Both the position numbers and the translations under genes were made by a program. The notes under the pieces were generated by a model. That model searched no databases. It saw nothing but the letters and a program-made list of their open reading frames with translations, and was not told the origin of the DNA. DNA of 64,000 nucleotides from Azolla caroliniana (lineage: Eukaryota; Plantae; Polypodiophyta), in NCBI GenBank assembly GCA_043228905.1, contig JBHGNT010000020.1:9548001-9612000 (forward strand). The letters run 5' to 3'. Below, piece after piece: positions 25,898 to 37,900 of the stretch. Numbering within the stretch: position 1 is the first letter of the stretch; every line of letters starts with the position of its first letter.

Positions 25898-26558
25898 TTG
25901 AATCCTATCTCTCTTCTTCACCTCACACACACAACAATAGTAAATAACAATAGATCAATCACAATTGTCTTTTTTCATCAATCACAACTCCCGATACACA
26001 ACATATACATGCTAAACCATGGAAAATCATTGCAGCGTACCATCATAGAACCATCTTCCAATATGTCAACATGTACCAAATTCTAAATCATGCAATAAAT
26101 GACATATGCATGTAAAATACTCTCAATTTCAAGCATATGCATGTACAAGTGTTTGAAATGATCAAGGGAGAACAACACGAACAACAACAACAAAACCCTA
26201 ACATGTAGTAGAACGTGAAGGTAAGCCTAAAACAAGATTACCTTTTCAGATGTCGTTAGGGTTGCAAATAGTAGGATTACCTTCTGAAGTCCTTGCAGAG
26301 GGGACACGTTTGAAGCACGGGTTGCAAGCAAACAGACACACCAGGTAGAGGGAACATAGTGACTTGGGAACACCTGGAGGTAGAGCAAAGCAGAGGTCAC
26401 AACTAGCAGAGAGGACACGGCCAGTAGAGCAGAGGTCGATGTTGTTAGGACACGGTGAGCACAGAACACCTAACAGTGAGGGAGAACAAGGTCAACTAAG
26501 GGAGAGAGAACGCAGTAAACCCTAGAGAGGTTGAAAGACCTGTGCAGAAGGTGGAAGT

Positions 26559-26589
<31 letters not shown>

Positions 26590-26629
26590 TATATTATCGT
26601 CTTCGGAGGTCAAATATGACCTATGAGAC

Positions 26630-29600
26630 CAAAAAGATTACATTTCACGTGATACGTGTGAAAGTGAGTAGTGACTCTCGATGTTCAAGAACTTTACCAA
26701 TGAATGTTGCAATCGAGAGTGCACATTGTGGTTGTGAGAGGAATTCATGCAAAGATTGGGCTTGATCGAAGAGATGTGGAAAGCATGGTCGAATATGATC
26801 AAAGGCAGAGCATTGTATCAAAGTGTGATACTCAGACTCGCGAACTTGTTTAGGGAAAAGTGTGCATGCCGACCACTCTCATCACTTGTACCCCAACGCC
26901 CTATTTCACATCACAATGCATGTGAGCTCAGTCGCATGGAAGCAATGGTTCGAATGGAAGATAACGGTATGGGCTCTAACACGTATGGATGTGTACGATT
27001 TCCCCGTTCCGCAAAGAATATGGTTTTGTAGTTAGGTGCAACATGTGTAGTATAATGTGTGAAGCGTGAGCCTCCACATTTGTCCCATGTCATGATACAT
27101 TGGCGTTGCAAAAATGCCTCATTTATAGAGGAATCTAATGATGCATCATGAAGCAAGTGTCTCGCATCCCATCTACCAAACCATTTTTCTATATCTTGCA
27201 TCCAACCGGAACACAAAATTTTTCTTTTATGCGTCTTTTGGATCTTTTTGCTTGCTTCCCACGCAATTCTAGGAAGTCGATGTGAGGGACTTTTTAAAAC
27301 CTTAAGCATGTATTCAACAACCCTTTCCATGGCCATGATCTCAATGGGAAGAGATCCCGTCTCAAGGAGGAGGAGGGTGTAGGGCGTTTGTTTTCTTAAC
27401 TTGTAGAAACTTGGTAAGAAAATGCTTTTGGACATTTTCAAACTCTTTCCACATAGATTTAGGGATGCTGCCGCCCCATACTTCCACCCCATAGAGAAGA
27501 ACCGGTGTCACCAAAGTGTCGAAAAGATATTTCTTGAGGACCCAACACTTAATATCTCCAAGATTGCATGTGTTCTCAAATGCATAGTATGCTCGCTTGC
27601 CTGCCTCTAAACGGCGTGTAACACATTCATTCCATCTATGATTTGAAGGAACTTCAAGGCCAAGATATTTGAAGCTTTCCACACATTCAAGTGGCTCATT
27701 GTTGTACATAATGCATGGTTTATCTCTTTTTTGGCTCTTCACAAGCATAATCTTTGTTTTAGAGCTATTGACACTTAATTTAGTATGCATGCAAAATTTT
27801 TCCAATGCCTTCATAAACTTTTGTGCATCTCCAAAAGTATTTGCAAAAAGCACTACATCATTTGCATATAGCAAAAGCATAATCACAACATTCCCAATGG
27901 CAACTTCTTCAACACATTCTTCCTTTGCAAACTTGGTAACCATTTCTTCCAATTCATCAATGCATAGACCAAATAGTGTTGGTGAGAGTGGGCATCCTTG
28001 CTTAACACCAATAGTGCTTTTGAAAAAATCTGAAAGTTTATCTCTCATGCGCACACAACATATAACCTTCTCATAAATTCGGGAAATTGCAAGCATATAT
28101 TCACTTGACACCTCAAGTTCTTCCATTCGCCTCCAAAGATGTTCACGAGGTACCATATCAAAAGCTTTCTTGAAGTCTACAAAGCAACAATATAAACCTT
28201 TACCTCTAAGGCGACTTTCCTCCATTAATACTCGAAGGGTGATAAGGTGATCAATGGTGCTATGGTGTTTCCGAAAGCCAGCTTGTCCATAAGCTCTCTT
28301 ACCACTTTTTTCAGCCCATACACTTATCTTTGATTCCATTATACATCCAAATAGTTTTGCCATTAATGAGCCAACCATGATGGTTTGATAGTTGTTTACA
28401 TTATTTATATCTCCACCTTTATGTAAAGGTTTGATCCAATTTGTAGTCCAATCGTACGGCATACCATGTTGCAATGCATCATTAAACATATCGCTTATCC
28501 ATATATGTGCTTCCTTTCCCGTCCATTTGAGCATTTTAGCCTTTATACATTGAAGATCGCTTGCCTTCCGAGAGGCCAATTTCTTAAGTCCTATGCATAT
28601 ATCTTCAATTGTAAAGAAGGGAGGCATATGTGAAAGAGAACCATAACACATCATCTTTCCGGCAAGAGATAACTCATATAAATTCTTACAATGCATAGAC
28701 AAGTCGTTAAGACTTAAGTCACCATAACTCTCAACACGTTTTCCCTTTAGATTTCCCCAAAATTTCGCACATGCATGTGTTTTCTCTTGCGTTTGGATAA
28801 GTTGTTGAGTAACTTCCCATATTCTTCTCTTTCTTTGAATAAGCCTTTTATACTCATGCAAATGCTTTTGGTAATTCTCTTTATCCTTAACTACATCCAA
28901 AACCATAAGGCACTTTCGAGCTTCACGACATTCTTTATCAAACCATTTTTTCCTAAGTTTCTTGGTGCATTTCCAAGATGTGCGATTGGTCGAAAAACAT
29001 TTGTTTGTACATGAGAGAATGACTTTCTTGAAAGCTTCCCATTTGCATTCTAGTGTGGCACCATGTTGTATCTTTGTCATTTGTAACATATCCTCAACCA
29101 TCTTGGAATACATGGGTGCTCGCTTAAGGTTCATGCTCAAGTGCGGTTGTTTATTATCTTCAATAGCCTTCTCACAATCAAACCTATGCATACATTTGAG
29201 ATCAATACATAAAGGCCTATGATCGGATTCCGGTGTCCATTCACCAAGTGAGAATTTATGTATACGATCCAAAATACCTTCGGAAAGTAGCACATAGTCA
29301 ATCACACTATTTCCGTTGTGTTTTCTACATGTAAAACCATTAGTGTTGGGCCATAAGGAAATACCATTTGCAATAAGAAATCCGGTACTATTGCACATTT
29401 GTAGGAGTAACTTCCCAAATTGGTCCGGATCTTTTTCATCGCTAGAAGAGCGGTTATACATTTGCATATCCTCTTGCATCCTTGAGATATGTGGCATGAA
29501 AGATTCTTGTGAATCAAGTTGGAAACTTCTTGTACGAGCATTCATGTCACCAAAGACAATAACTTCCCCTTTGGATTTGAAATAAGCAATATCATCTTCT

Positions 29601-30019
29601 AGATTGGCAAACGATTGATCTTTATCCAAACAAGCATAAAAGTTAGAATCATGATGAGGAATGTAACATCCAACTACAAAAGTGGGCAAATCATTAGGTG
29701 TTTCTATTTTGAGCCATATGTAGCATTTATTTTCATCATTTTTTATGATTGACACATATTTCTCTATTTCCTTCTTAATCAAACATGCCACCCCTCCTTG
29801 TCCTCTTCTTTGTCTTGGATTTTTCTTCCATATCAAAGAGTGTACATTATAGTTTCCTAAACCTTGAATCCTTTGAGTATCATGCTCCCATGTTTCAACA
29901 AGAAGTGTGATATCCGAGTCATCGGTGAACTCCTCTATGCCAAATCCCGCATACCATGGGTATCCATTGCAATTCCAAAAGTATAGTCGTAAAAGGCGCG
30001 GGTTAGTCTCATAGATCAC
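26630..30019 (-). pseudogene. LINE ORF2 (APE endonuclease, RT, C-terminal Cys/His region); frameshifted, RT YADD changed to YAND
   Basis: WNCNG, ETW, GDMNAR, IDY, SDH (APE); QAGFR, FVDFKKAFD, GVKQGCPLSP, FKYLG (RT); EIGRW..ESEYH..C. Confidence 0.92.
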
Positions 30020-30025
30020 GTGTCC

Positions 30026-30895
30026 CTATTTGCCTACATTTCCATCTTTAGGCACATCCTTAACCTTGTTTTTCAATCTTTCTTCATATGCTTTATGACG
30101 AGCATTTTGTTGTGAGATAGTACGATCTTCACTCACAAAGCATTGTGTACCTTTGAGGTATACCCAACTATTTTCGAGTATGATCCGCCGCTTTGTATCA
30201 TCTGTCATTGTGCATACAATAGGCCTTTCTCCGGAGCGAGTAACACCATGTTTCCCAACTCGGTGTGCCCCATATACATTCACATCTGACATCCCATAAT
30301 GCATGCTAAAAAAATCACCAATGGCCTTTCCAAGGGATGCAGGTGTTTCAATACTCTCTTCTTTAATCCCACGGACGACAATGTTCTTTGATCGTCGTTC
30401 ACGTTCTTTCAATTCTCGGACATCTATGTTTTCTATATTCTTCTCTTGATGCATCACATGCATATTAGATGAGTTTGATAGCACATCCCCACCACATACA
30501 TCGGCCCATGACTTCGTTGTACATACATTTTTCATCTCACTTACATCCCACCTCATCGTGTCCAATTTTTCTTCTTTTAATGCTTCCTTTAACTCAATCT
30601 TGTTAAGGTGCTCATTTGTTTCAAAAGAAGCTCTTTTACATTCTTGAATCTCTTCTTGAAGTTTTGCAACCACTTGTTTAAGACTTTCATTTTCAATGAC
30701 AACACTTTGGAGCTTAGTATTCTCTTTCATTAACGTCCTAATCTCTTCACCTTGCTTGTTTATGGTTTCTTGAAGAGAAATCAAGTGACTCATAAGCATT
30801 TTGTCCATTGCATTAGAATCGAGATTTGTTGGTGATCTCGGCTCATTATCAATTATACCCCCGAACTTTGCAGCGGTTTTACAAGTATTTGCCAT
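30026..30895 (-). CDS. LINE ORF1 (coiled coil plus RRM-like domain)
   Basis: RERRSKNIVVRGIKE..HRVGK..RPIV..SEDRT; ends 6 bp before ORF2. Confidence 0.85.
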   Translation of the reverse strand: MANTCKTAAKFGGIIDNEPRSPTNLDSNAMDKMLMSHLISLQETINKQGEEIRTLMKENTKLQSVVIENESLKQVVAKLQEEIQECKRASFETNEHLNKIELKEALKEEKLDTMRWDVSEMKNVCTTKSWADVCGGDVLSNSSNMHVMHQEKNIENIDVRELKERERRSKNIVVRGIKEESIETPASLGKAIGDFFSMHYGMSDVNVYGAHRVGKHGVTRSGERPIVCTMTDDTKRRIILENSWVYLKGTQCFVSEDRTISQQNARHKAYEERLKNKVKDVPKDGNVGK

Positions 30896-31028
30896 TGTAG
30901 GGACAAACCCTACGGGAAAAGAGAGACAGAGAGGGAAGGAGAGAGAATGTACCTTTCACTCGATTTAGGGCTTCAAAATCTACCTTCCGTTTGAGGAACC
31001 GTGGGGCAAAGATGGATGCGAATGAAAG

Positions 31029-31225
31029 AGAGATAGAGAGGGGGAGAGGAGGTACGAACAACGAGCAGTGACACGCTTGGAGTCTGCAGAGACCTGTGCA
31101 GAAGGTGGAAGAGAGACAGAGAGGGGGAGAGGAGGTACGAACGACGAGCAGTGATGCGCTTGGAGTCTGTAGAGACCTGTACAGAAGGTAGAAGAGAGAT
31201 AGAGAGGGGGAAAGGAGGTATGAAC
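31029..31225. repeat. 83-bp tandem repeat upstream of the accessory gene
   Basis: AGACCTGT at 26536, 31090, 31173. Confidence 0.8.
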
Positions 31226-31429
31226 CTCAGGAATCAGCAAGTAGAAGGGGGAAGGAGAGGGAGGGAGGGAGAGAGAGAGAGAGAGGGAGAGAGACTAACT
31301 GACAGTTCGAGATGAACATATGTGCCAAGAGAGAGAGCGAGAGAGAGACATACTTACTATATTCATAATTGAGTGCAGTTAAGATTTCCGTACAACATTA
31401 CCTAGGACTGTGACCCAACAACCTCAACT

Positions 31430-32875
31430 TTTTTAACCCAAATATTGGATTATTTTTCTTTCCTCGTCATCGAATTAGTACTAAAATTTTGGCCAAATTT
31501 TGGTACACCGTAGCGTGCTTTCACCCCCATCTTTCGCCTTGTTATGCAACCTAGTTCCGATTCTTGAGCCTCCCTCGTGCTCCTCTACATGTGCTCTCTT
31601 TCCCACTAAAACATCATATGAATCCCCATCTAACATGACCTTCCCACATGTATTTAATGCATCCTTTGCATTATCATTCTTCTTAAACTCAATCAAATTA
31701 ATACCATGAGAATTTACTTGATTTTGTGACCTTTGCTCTTCTACTTGTCTTGGAATTGGGGCAATACCTTGTCTTTTTTGCTTACGATGTGGACAATTTG
31801 GTGAAATATGCACTCGTTCAAAGCAATTATAACACTGCACATTGGGATTTTGCCTCCCAATATCTTTCTTTTGTTGAGAAACTTGCATAGATCTTGTAAG
31901 TTCAGCTTGGTTGATACAAAGCTTACTTACTTCATCAACAATCTTTTCCACTTGTGCAATATCCATGACCCCACTTGTAGAAGACTCTCTCCGTGAAGAC
32001 ACATCAGGACTTTTCTCATGTACCCTGTGAACATATGGTGTCGCACTTTCAATAGCTTCATCATCTTCTCTCATGTCCATCCCAAGCTTTCTCATCCTCT
32101 TTCTCCATTTACTTATTGCCACCTCTTTTGCCTTTTCAAAAGATCCAAGTTCCTTATCATCTACCTTCTCTTTAATATCCTCATCCAAGGCCATGATAAA
32201 TTGGTCACGCTTGAAAAAATCGGGCGGAACTTGATCATTTCCCAATATCTCCAATCTCCTATATAAATCTTCAAACCTCATATTAAAATCCCTAATATCC
32301 TCTTCATACCCTTGCCTTACCCTTCTAATATCCTTCCAAATAGCTTCTGGAGTCTCAGTTTTTTGAAATTGGGCTAACAATGCTTGTTGAAAACGTGCCC
32401 AATCATTCTTCACCTCTATTGGCACTGACCTTATATACCAATCTAAACCCAGCCCATCCAACAAAAGGCTTACTATTATCGCTACATCAGCATAACTCTT
32501 TCTAGCTTGTAAAGCCCAAATCTTCAACCGATGCACGAATTGCACCACATCACTATTGTCCTAGTGAAAGGCTCAATAAAGAGATCTGCCATTATTTTGA
32601 AATACCCAACTGCCGAAATATGCAACAAATATAACAATACCACCAACTCCAATATTAATATACTACTTGGCCTTGATTATGACAAAACTGAAAGTCCTCC
32701 GTCGTTGTCAAGATTGGTCCTCAGTGAGAGCACCAAAACCTATTGCGCGAGAATTTGCCTCTCAAAACTGTAGCACAATACATCTAGAAACACACAAGGC
32801 ACATCATCATAAGGCACCATAACAACATCTATGAGTTTACGAAAGAACACAAACAAAAAAAGAGATGAATGGGTA
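31430..32875 (-). mobile_element. gag: Truncated Ty3/gypsy 5' part (LTR stub, tRNA-Thr-like PBS, gag)
   Basis: ORF 31481-32548 with Retrotrans_gag features (W..F...L..QF, VRQG..E) and CYNC..HISPNC; PBS TGGTGCTCTCACTGAGG at 32719-32735. Confidence 0.75.
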
Positions 32876-33353
32876 TGTTGAGAATCAAGCTCAACATAGT
32901 GCAACGTGTGAACACACCTTTTGAGAATCTATGATTACTCAAAGGTCAAGCATCACACCACTACTCTCTACACATTAACTATGTGTCATATAATCATATT
33001 CTATGACACATAACTAATGAGTTACATATTCCCCATGACTATAAGTCTTCACATTCCCCAAGAGAGAGAGTGGTTGTTGTAATTAGTTAATGAAGAGAGA
33101 GGTTGACTATATATAAAACACCCTCCTCACACTTCATACTAAGTTGGTTGTGACTCCTTGTTATGCTACATTTTGTAATTCCTATTCTTCTTGTGCAATA
33201 TACACCTTCTTCTTGAGTATTCTATTTTCCTCTCATTTATCTATCTTGAGTTCTCTTTTCTCTCCTCTCTCTTCCTCTCACACATATACGCACATAACGC
33301 ACATCTATTCCACTACACAAGAATCACCATCGATTCTTTACATGGTATCAAAG
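32876..33353 (+). mobile_element. Copia-type 5' LTR (32876-33342) with degenerate iMet PBS; internal region lost
   Basis: Starts TGTTGAGAATCAAGCTCAACA like the other copia LTRs; TATA ~33108; ends TTACA|TGGTATCAAAG. Confidence 0.75.
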
Positions 33354-33499
33354 TGATTTGGTAGCTCGATCTAGCCCACTCGCCTCATCGTGATCGTGTG
33401 TTGTGCTCTAAGCCAACGTTCAAGAAGAACCGGCTCATCGCTATCGTAGTACCACTACATAACTCGTGTAAGGAAGCCGTGTGCTCCCGACCAGAGGCT

Positions 33500-33856
33500 C
33501 CTGGATTTGTCTGTGTGTGTGGGTGGAGGGAATGTGTTTTTCGTAGAGCGTACGACTCTACTACCGGCTAAGCCCAGTTGTATTCTACTTACCTTAATCT
33601 ATTCATTTGATTTTTTGGGTCAATCTCTTCTCATTTTGGGTTTCATCTCTATTTCTGTTCCTTCATATCTGTTTCCTCACTCTACCTGAGAAATGTGTGA
33701 CGCAGTTTCTTCTACAAACCTATATGTACGTTGTCTGGGTTCTAGTGACCGACCAGGCACTCTGTCACGGTATCTTGTCCTACTCCCCCTGACTCCTTGG
33801 TCTAAGACCCCCGTGGTCCTGCCCATCTCAATACATACTCGGGTAAACCCGCAACA
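33500..33856 (+). mobile_element. Partial LTR related to the solo LTR at 61458-62182
   Basis: Shared 3' end GACCCCCGTGGTCCYGCCC...CGCAACA; left boundary unclear. Confidence 0.6.
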
Positions 33857-34850
33857 ACATGATGGTCGACACGAGTCTGACCGGAATCGGTTGGTGTCAT
33901 GAGATGGCAAGACTCGAACCCATGACCTTATGGTATATGGGTCGAGCTCTTAACCATCACACCATCTATTGTAATTCATAGGATATTATTTTCATTTATG
34001 TTTTATTATAAGAAAGTAATGTATATTTCAGATTTCTCTGGAACATTCTAGAAGTTTCAGGATTACTCTTGACAACACTATAAAAGAAGGCACTAGGCAT
34101 TATGTCGAACCAAATTGGTTCAACGTCAGTCTTAAGCCTCTCAGTCGCTTTGTACTTATCTTTTCACATAATATATTAGTTGTTGTCATCATCTTTCTCT
34201 CTCTCATCCTCGCTATATCTCTCTCTCTCTCCTCTTCTCACTTCCTCTCTCGGGAATATTACGCAGTCTCGTCCTCTTAGTACTAATAGTACTGCTCTTC
34301 TTAGTACTAATTCCATCTCTGCTTTAGTACTATTCCTGACAGTTTGAACCAATTTGGTTCGACATAATGCCTAGTGCCTTCTTTTATAGTGTTGTCAGGA
34401 GTAATCCTGAAACTTCTAGAATGTTCCAGAGAAATCTGGAATATACATCACTTTCTTATAATAAAACATAAATGAAATTAATATTCTATGAATTACAATA
34501 GATGGTGTGATGGTTAAGAGCTCGACCCATATACCATAAGGTCATGGGTTCGAGTCTTGCCATCTCATGACACTCAAGTAGGCTGGAGGAAAGGAAGAAG
34601 AAAAGCAACGACGACGTGTCAATCGATTATGCCTTTATTGTGGTGGATCAGGGCATATCGCCATCAATTGTCCCCGTAGGTCAAGAAGACAGGTAAATCA
34701 AATCGTCGCCTGTACTAAACCCAAGTCAATTCTTCCCTTCGGAGTGTCTGATAGTATTAATAGTACTAATAGAGTGTCAAATAGTATTCATAGTACTAAT
34801 AGTCCAAGTATCTCAAACAAATTTGAAATCCTTAGTCAATTAGATGAAGA

Positions 34851-34910
34851 GTTAAACGATTGAGTCCAGCCAAAATAGGAGTCGTTTGGTTGGACAGCAG
34901 CCCTAGATCT
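34851..34910 (+). promoter_or_regulatory. -1 frameshift signal (G_UUA_AAC plus 11-bp stem)
   Basis: Heptamer 34851-34857; gag TGA at 34861-34863; stem GTCCAGCCAAA/TTTGGTTGGAC 6 nt downstream; protease ORF in the -1 frame. Confidence 0.7.
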
Positions 34911-37900
34911 GTACAGCCCATTAGTGGTTCCATTCCTTCCAAGCAAGTTAGCAATGTGTTCCTAGCCCAAGTCATTGTTAGTATTAAAAGTACTCCCCCA
35001 GTACCCGTCCTAGCACTCTTAGATTCCGGAGCTAATTCCTGTTTCATGGATCGAAATTTTGCCCAAGCTTCTCAGATAGCCCTAAGAAAACTTCCTTGTC
35101 CCGCATTTGTAGTAGTCATTGATGGTCGTCCCATTGCTTCCGGGAATATTGTAGAAGAATCAGAACCCATTCAAGTTGTCCTAGGTAGTTTTGTGTGTGT
35201 AATATCATTTAATATAATTAGTAGTCCAGAGCATCCCATTGTCCTAGGATTACCTTGGTTTGAATTACATAATCTAGCCATAGATTGGAGAACAAGAGAA
35301 GTCTGATATCGACCACCCCAAGAATCTACTCACCGAGTTTCGACCATTTCACTCCATCAATTACGCGAAGAAGGACACAAGGAGGCAATGTTCCTATTTG
35401 CAATATCAGTACATCCTTCCAGCACTATTCAGAAGGACTCCTCAGTACAGCTTCCGGCAAAATATCATCCTTATGCCGATGTATTTGACAAGGTAAAAGC
35501 CGGTACCCTTCCTCATCACCGTCCCTATGACTGTCCCATCGATTTACAACCAGGAATAGAGCCACCATGGGGACCAATTTACAACTTGTCACCCACCGAG
35601 TTAGAAGTTCTTCGAGCCTACATGGAGGAGAACTTGGCAAGCGGGTTCATCCGTCATTCGAAATCTCCGGCCGGTGCACCCATCTTCTTTGTCAAGAAGA
35701 AAGATGGCTCATTTCGTCTCGGCGTTGATTACCGCGGATTGAATAAGGTCACCATCCGGAATAGGTATGCACTTCCTCTTATATCAAGTCTTTTAGAGCG
35801 AGTTAATGGTGCCAAGTTTTTTACCAAAATCGATCTACGAGGAGCGTATAACCTCGTGCAAATCCGACCGGGAGATGAATGGAAGACCGCCTTTCGCACA
35901 CGGTATGGGCATTTCGAGTATATTGTTATGCCGTTCGGCCTAACCAATGCACCCGCAGTCTTCCAACACATGGCAAATGATATATTCAGAGACCTCTTGG
36001 ATATCTGTTTGATCATCTATCTTGATGATCTATTGATTTATTCGAAGACCCAGCAAGAGCACGATTCTCATGTACTATTAGTACTAAAGCGACTCCGCGA
36101 GAATGGTCTTTATGCCAAGCTAGAAAAATGTAGCTTTGACTGCAAGCAAGTGGAATTTCTAGGCTATGTCATCTCCTCAAAGGGCATCGCCATGGATCCA
36201 GCTAAAGTCCAAACTGTACTAGAGTGGCAAATTGCACGGTCGGTACGAGATGTACAATGTTTTCTAGGTTTTGCTAACTTCTACCGTAAGTTTATACACG
36301 ATTACTCGAAGATTATCTTACCCCTCACACAACTTACGAAGAAGGGCCAAGCATTTCTTTGGTCCATTGAAGCAGATATGACTTTTCGGCATCTTAAGAA
36401 AGCCTTTACATCAGCACCGATTCTAGCTCATGTGGATACTAGCAAACCATTCATCATGGAGGCCGATGCTTCAGATTTCGCCCTCGGTAGCATCCTTTCT
36501 CAACAAGGAGATAAAGAAGAGTTGCATCCGGTGGCTTTCCATTCGCGCAAATTCGATGTTGCGGAAATCAACTACGAAATACATGACAATGAGTTATTAG
36601 CCATCGTGGATTCATTTGTGCAATGGCGGCATTTCTTAGAGGGCTCTCCACATCAGGTCGTTGTCTTTAGTGATCATAAAAATCTTGCTTATTTCCAGAA
36701 CGCTCGCGTACTAAATCGACGGCAAGCTTGGTGGGCGCAATTCCTCATGCGTTTCGACTTCAAAATCACATATCAACCAGGGAAGCAGCAAGGAAAAGCA
36801 GATGCACTATCACGGCGTTCATATCTTGCACCTCGTCCTGGTGATCCAACATTTGATAATCAAAAGCAAGTAATCTTGGGACCAACACGATTGCACACGA
36901 CGCAGATTTTTCACACCCCGATGGATTCACAGATTACCGATGACATCCGTGCAAACTTGAAGATGGATAGTTTTGCTCAAAACAGTTTGGCGCACATTGA
37001 TACTTCTCGGGCATCCTGTACTCAGTCTCAACAACCAGGTATTGACTACTGACAATTCGAATATCATGATGGTTTGTTATTCTTTAAAAAGCGCGTATAT
37101 GTCCCCGATTGCTCCTGTCGCCTTCAAATCGTCCAGCATTGCCACGACATTTCGGTAGTACTAAGACGTTGGAGCTAGTGCAACGATCTTTTTGGTGGCC
37201 CCACATGCGCCGTTTTGTCGACGACTACGTTCGGACCTGTGATGCTTGCTGCCGAGCAAAGATGCCACGACACCATCCATATGGCTTGTTGGAACCCTTA
37301 CCGATTCCAAGTAAGCCGTGGTAATCTATTTGTCTTGATTTTATCATAGATCTTCCGGTCTCGTAGGGGTTCGATGCTATCTTAACTGTCATTGATCGAT
37401 ATACGAAGATGGCACATTTTGTTCCATGTACTAAGGTCATCACTAGCGAGGAAACCGCCGCCCTAGTCATGCGTGAGGTATTTCGGCATCATGGCCTCCT
37501 AGACAGTATCATCAGTGACCGAGGACTGCAATTTGTCTCCAAATTTTGGCAACATCTCTTCAACATGCTAAAGGTCTCTTGCAATCTCTCCTCCGGCTAC
37601 CTGTTATGTACACATAACGTTGGTGAGGGTAGGTCACTAATATTTACATTAGTGAAGGGTATGTTCACTATTATTAAAAAGGGGACTAATGATTGGATAG
37701 AATGAATGATATGTGCATGCACTATCATGATTTAGACAACCAATGAATAGAGAGCCTTTTAGAAAGGCACATCTATTCAAGGGGCCTAGGAAAAGGTATA
37801 AATATGAGGCTTAGCTACCCTCATAAGATCATCACATCGGAAGGCTGCTGTCGTAGACACCGGTGGTGCGGGCTAGGCTTTCGTCTCGACGATCGTGTTT

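Larger units (their letters stand above)
26558..31025 (-). mobile_element. LINE, RTE-X-like, with a (TATC)n 3' tail
   Basis: (GATA)n at 26559-26589 on the + strand; ORF1 and ORF2; splits an 83-bp repeat unit (26536-26557 | 31029 onward). 5' boundary uncertain. Confidence 0.88.
18305..31425. mobile_element. Sola2-type DNA transposon, left end deleted; interrupted by a LINE
   Basis: Transposase motifs (next feature) and a convergent second gene. Putative right terminus ...CAACAACCTC at 31425 (rc GAG, the GRG-type end of Sola2). Boundary unconfirmed because the partner TIR is missing. Confidence 0.65.

Noticed and set aside
26536-31111. 22-bp LINE TSD AGACCTGTGCAGAAGGTGGAAG
   Set aside because: Better explained as units of the 83-bp tandem repeat; not fully excluded.
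33899-33966. Functional tRNA gene
   Set aside because: No convincing acceptor or anticodon stems; kept only as a tRNA-like Pol III cassette.
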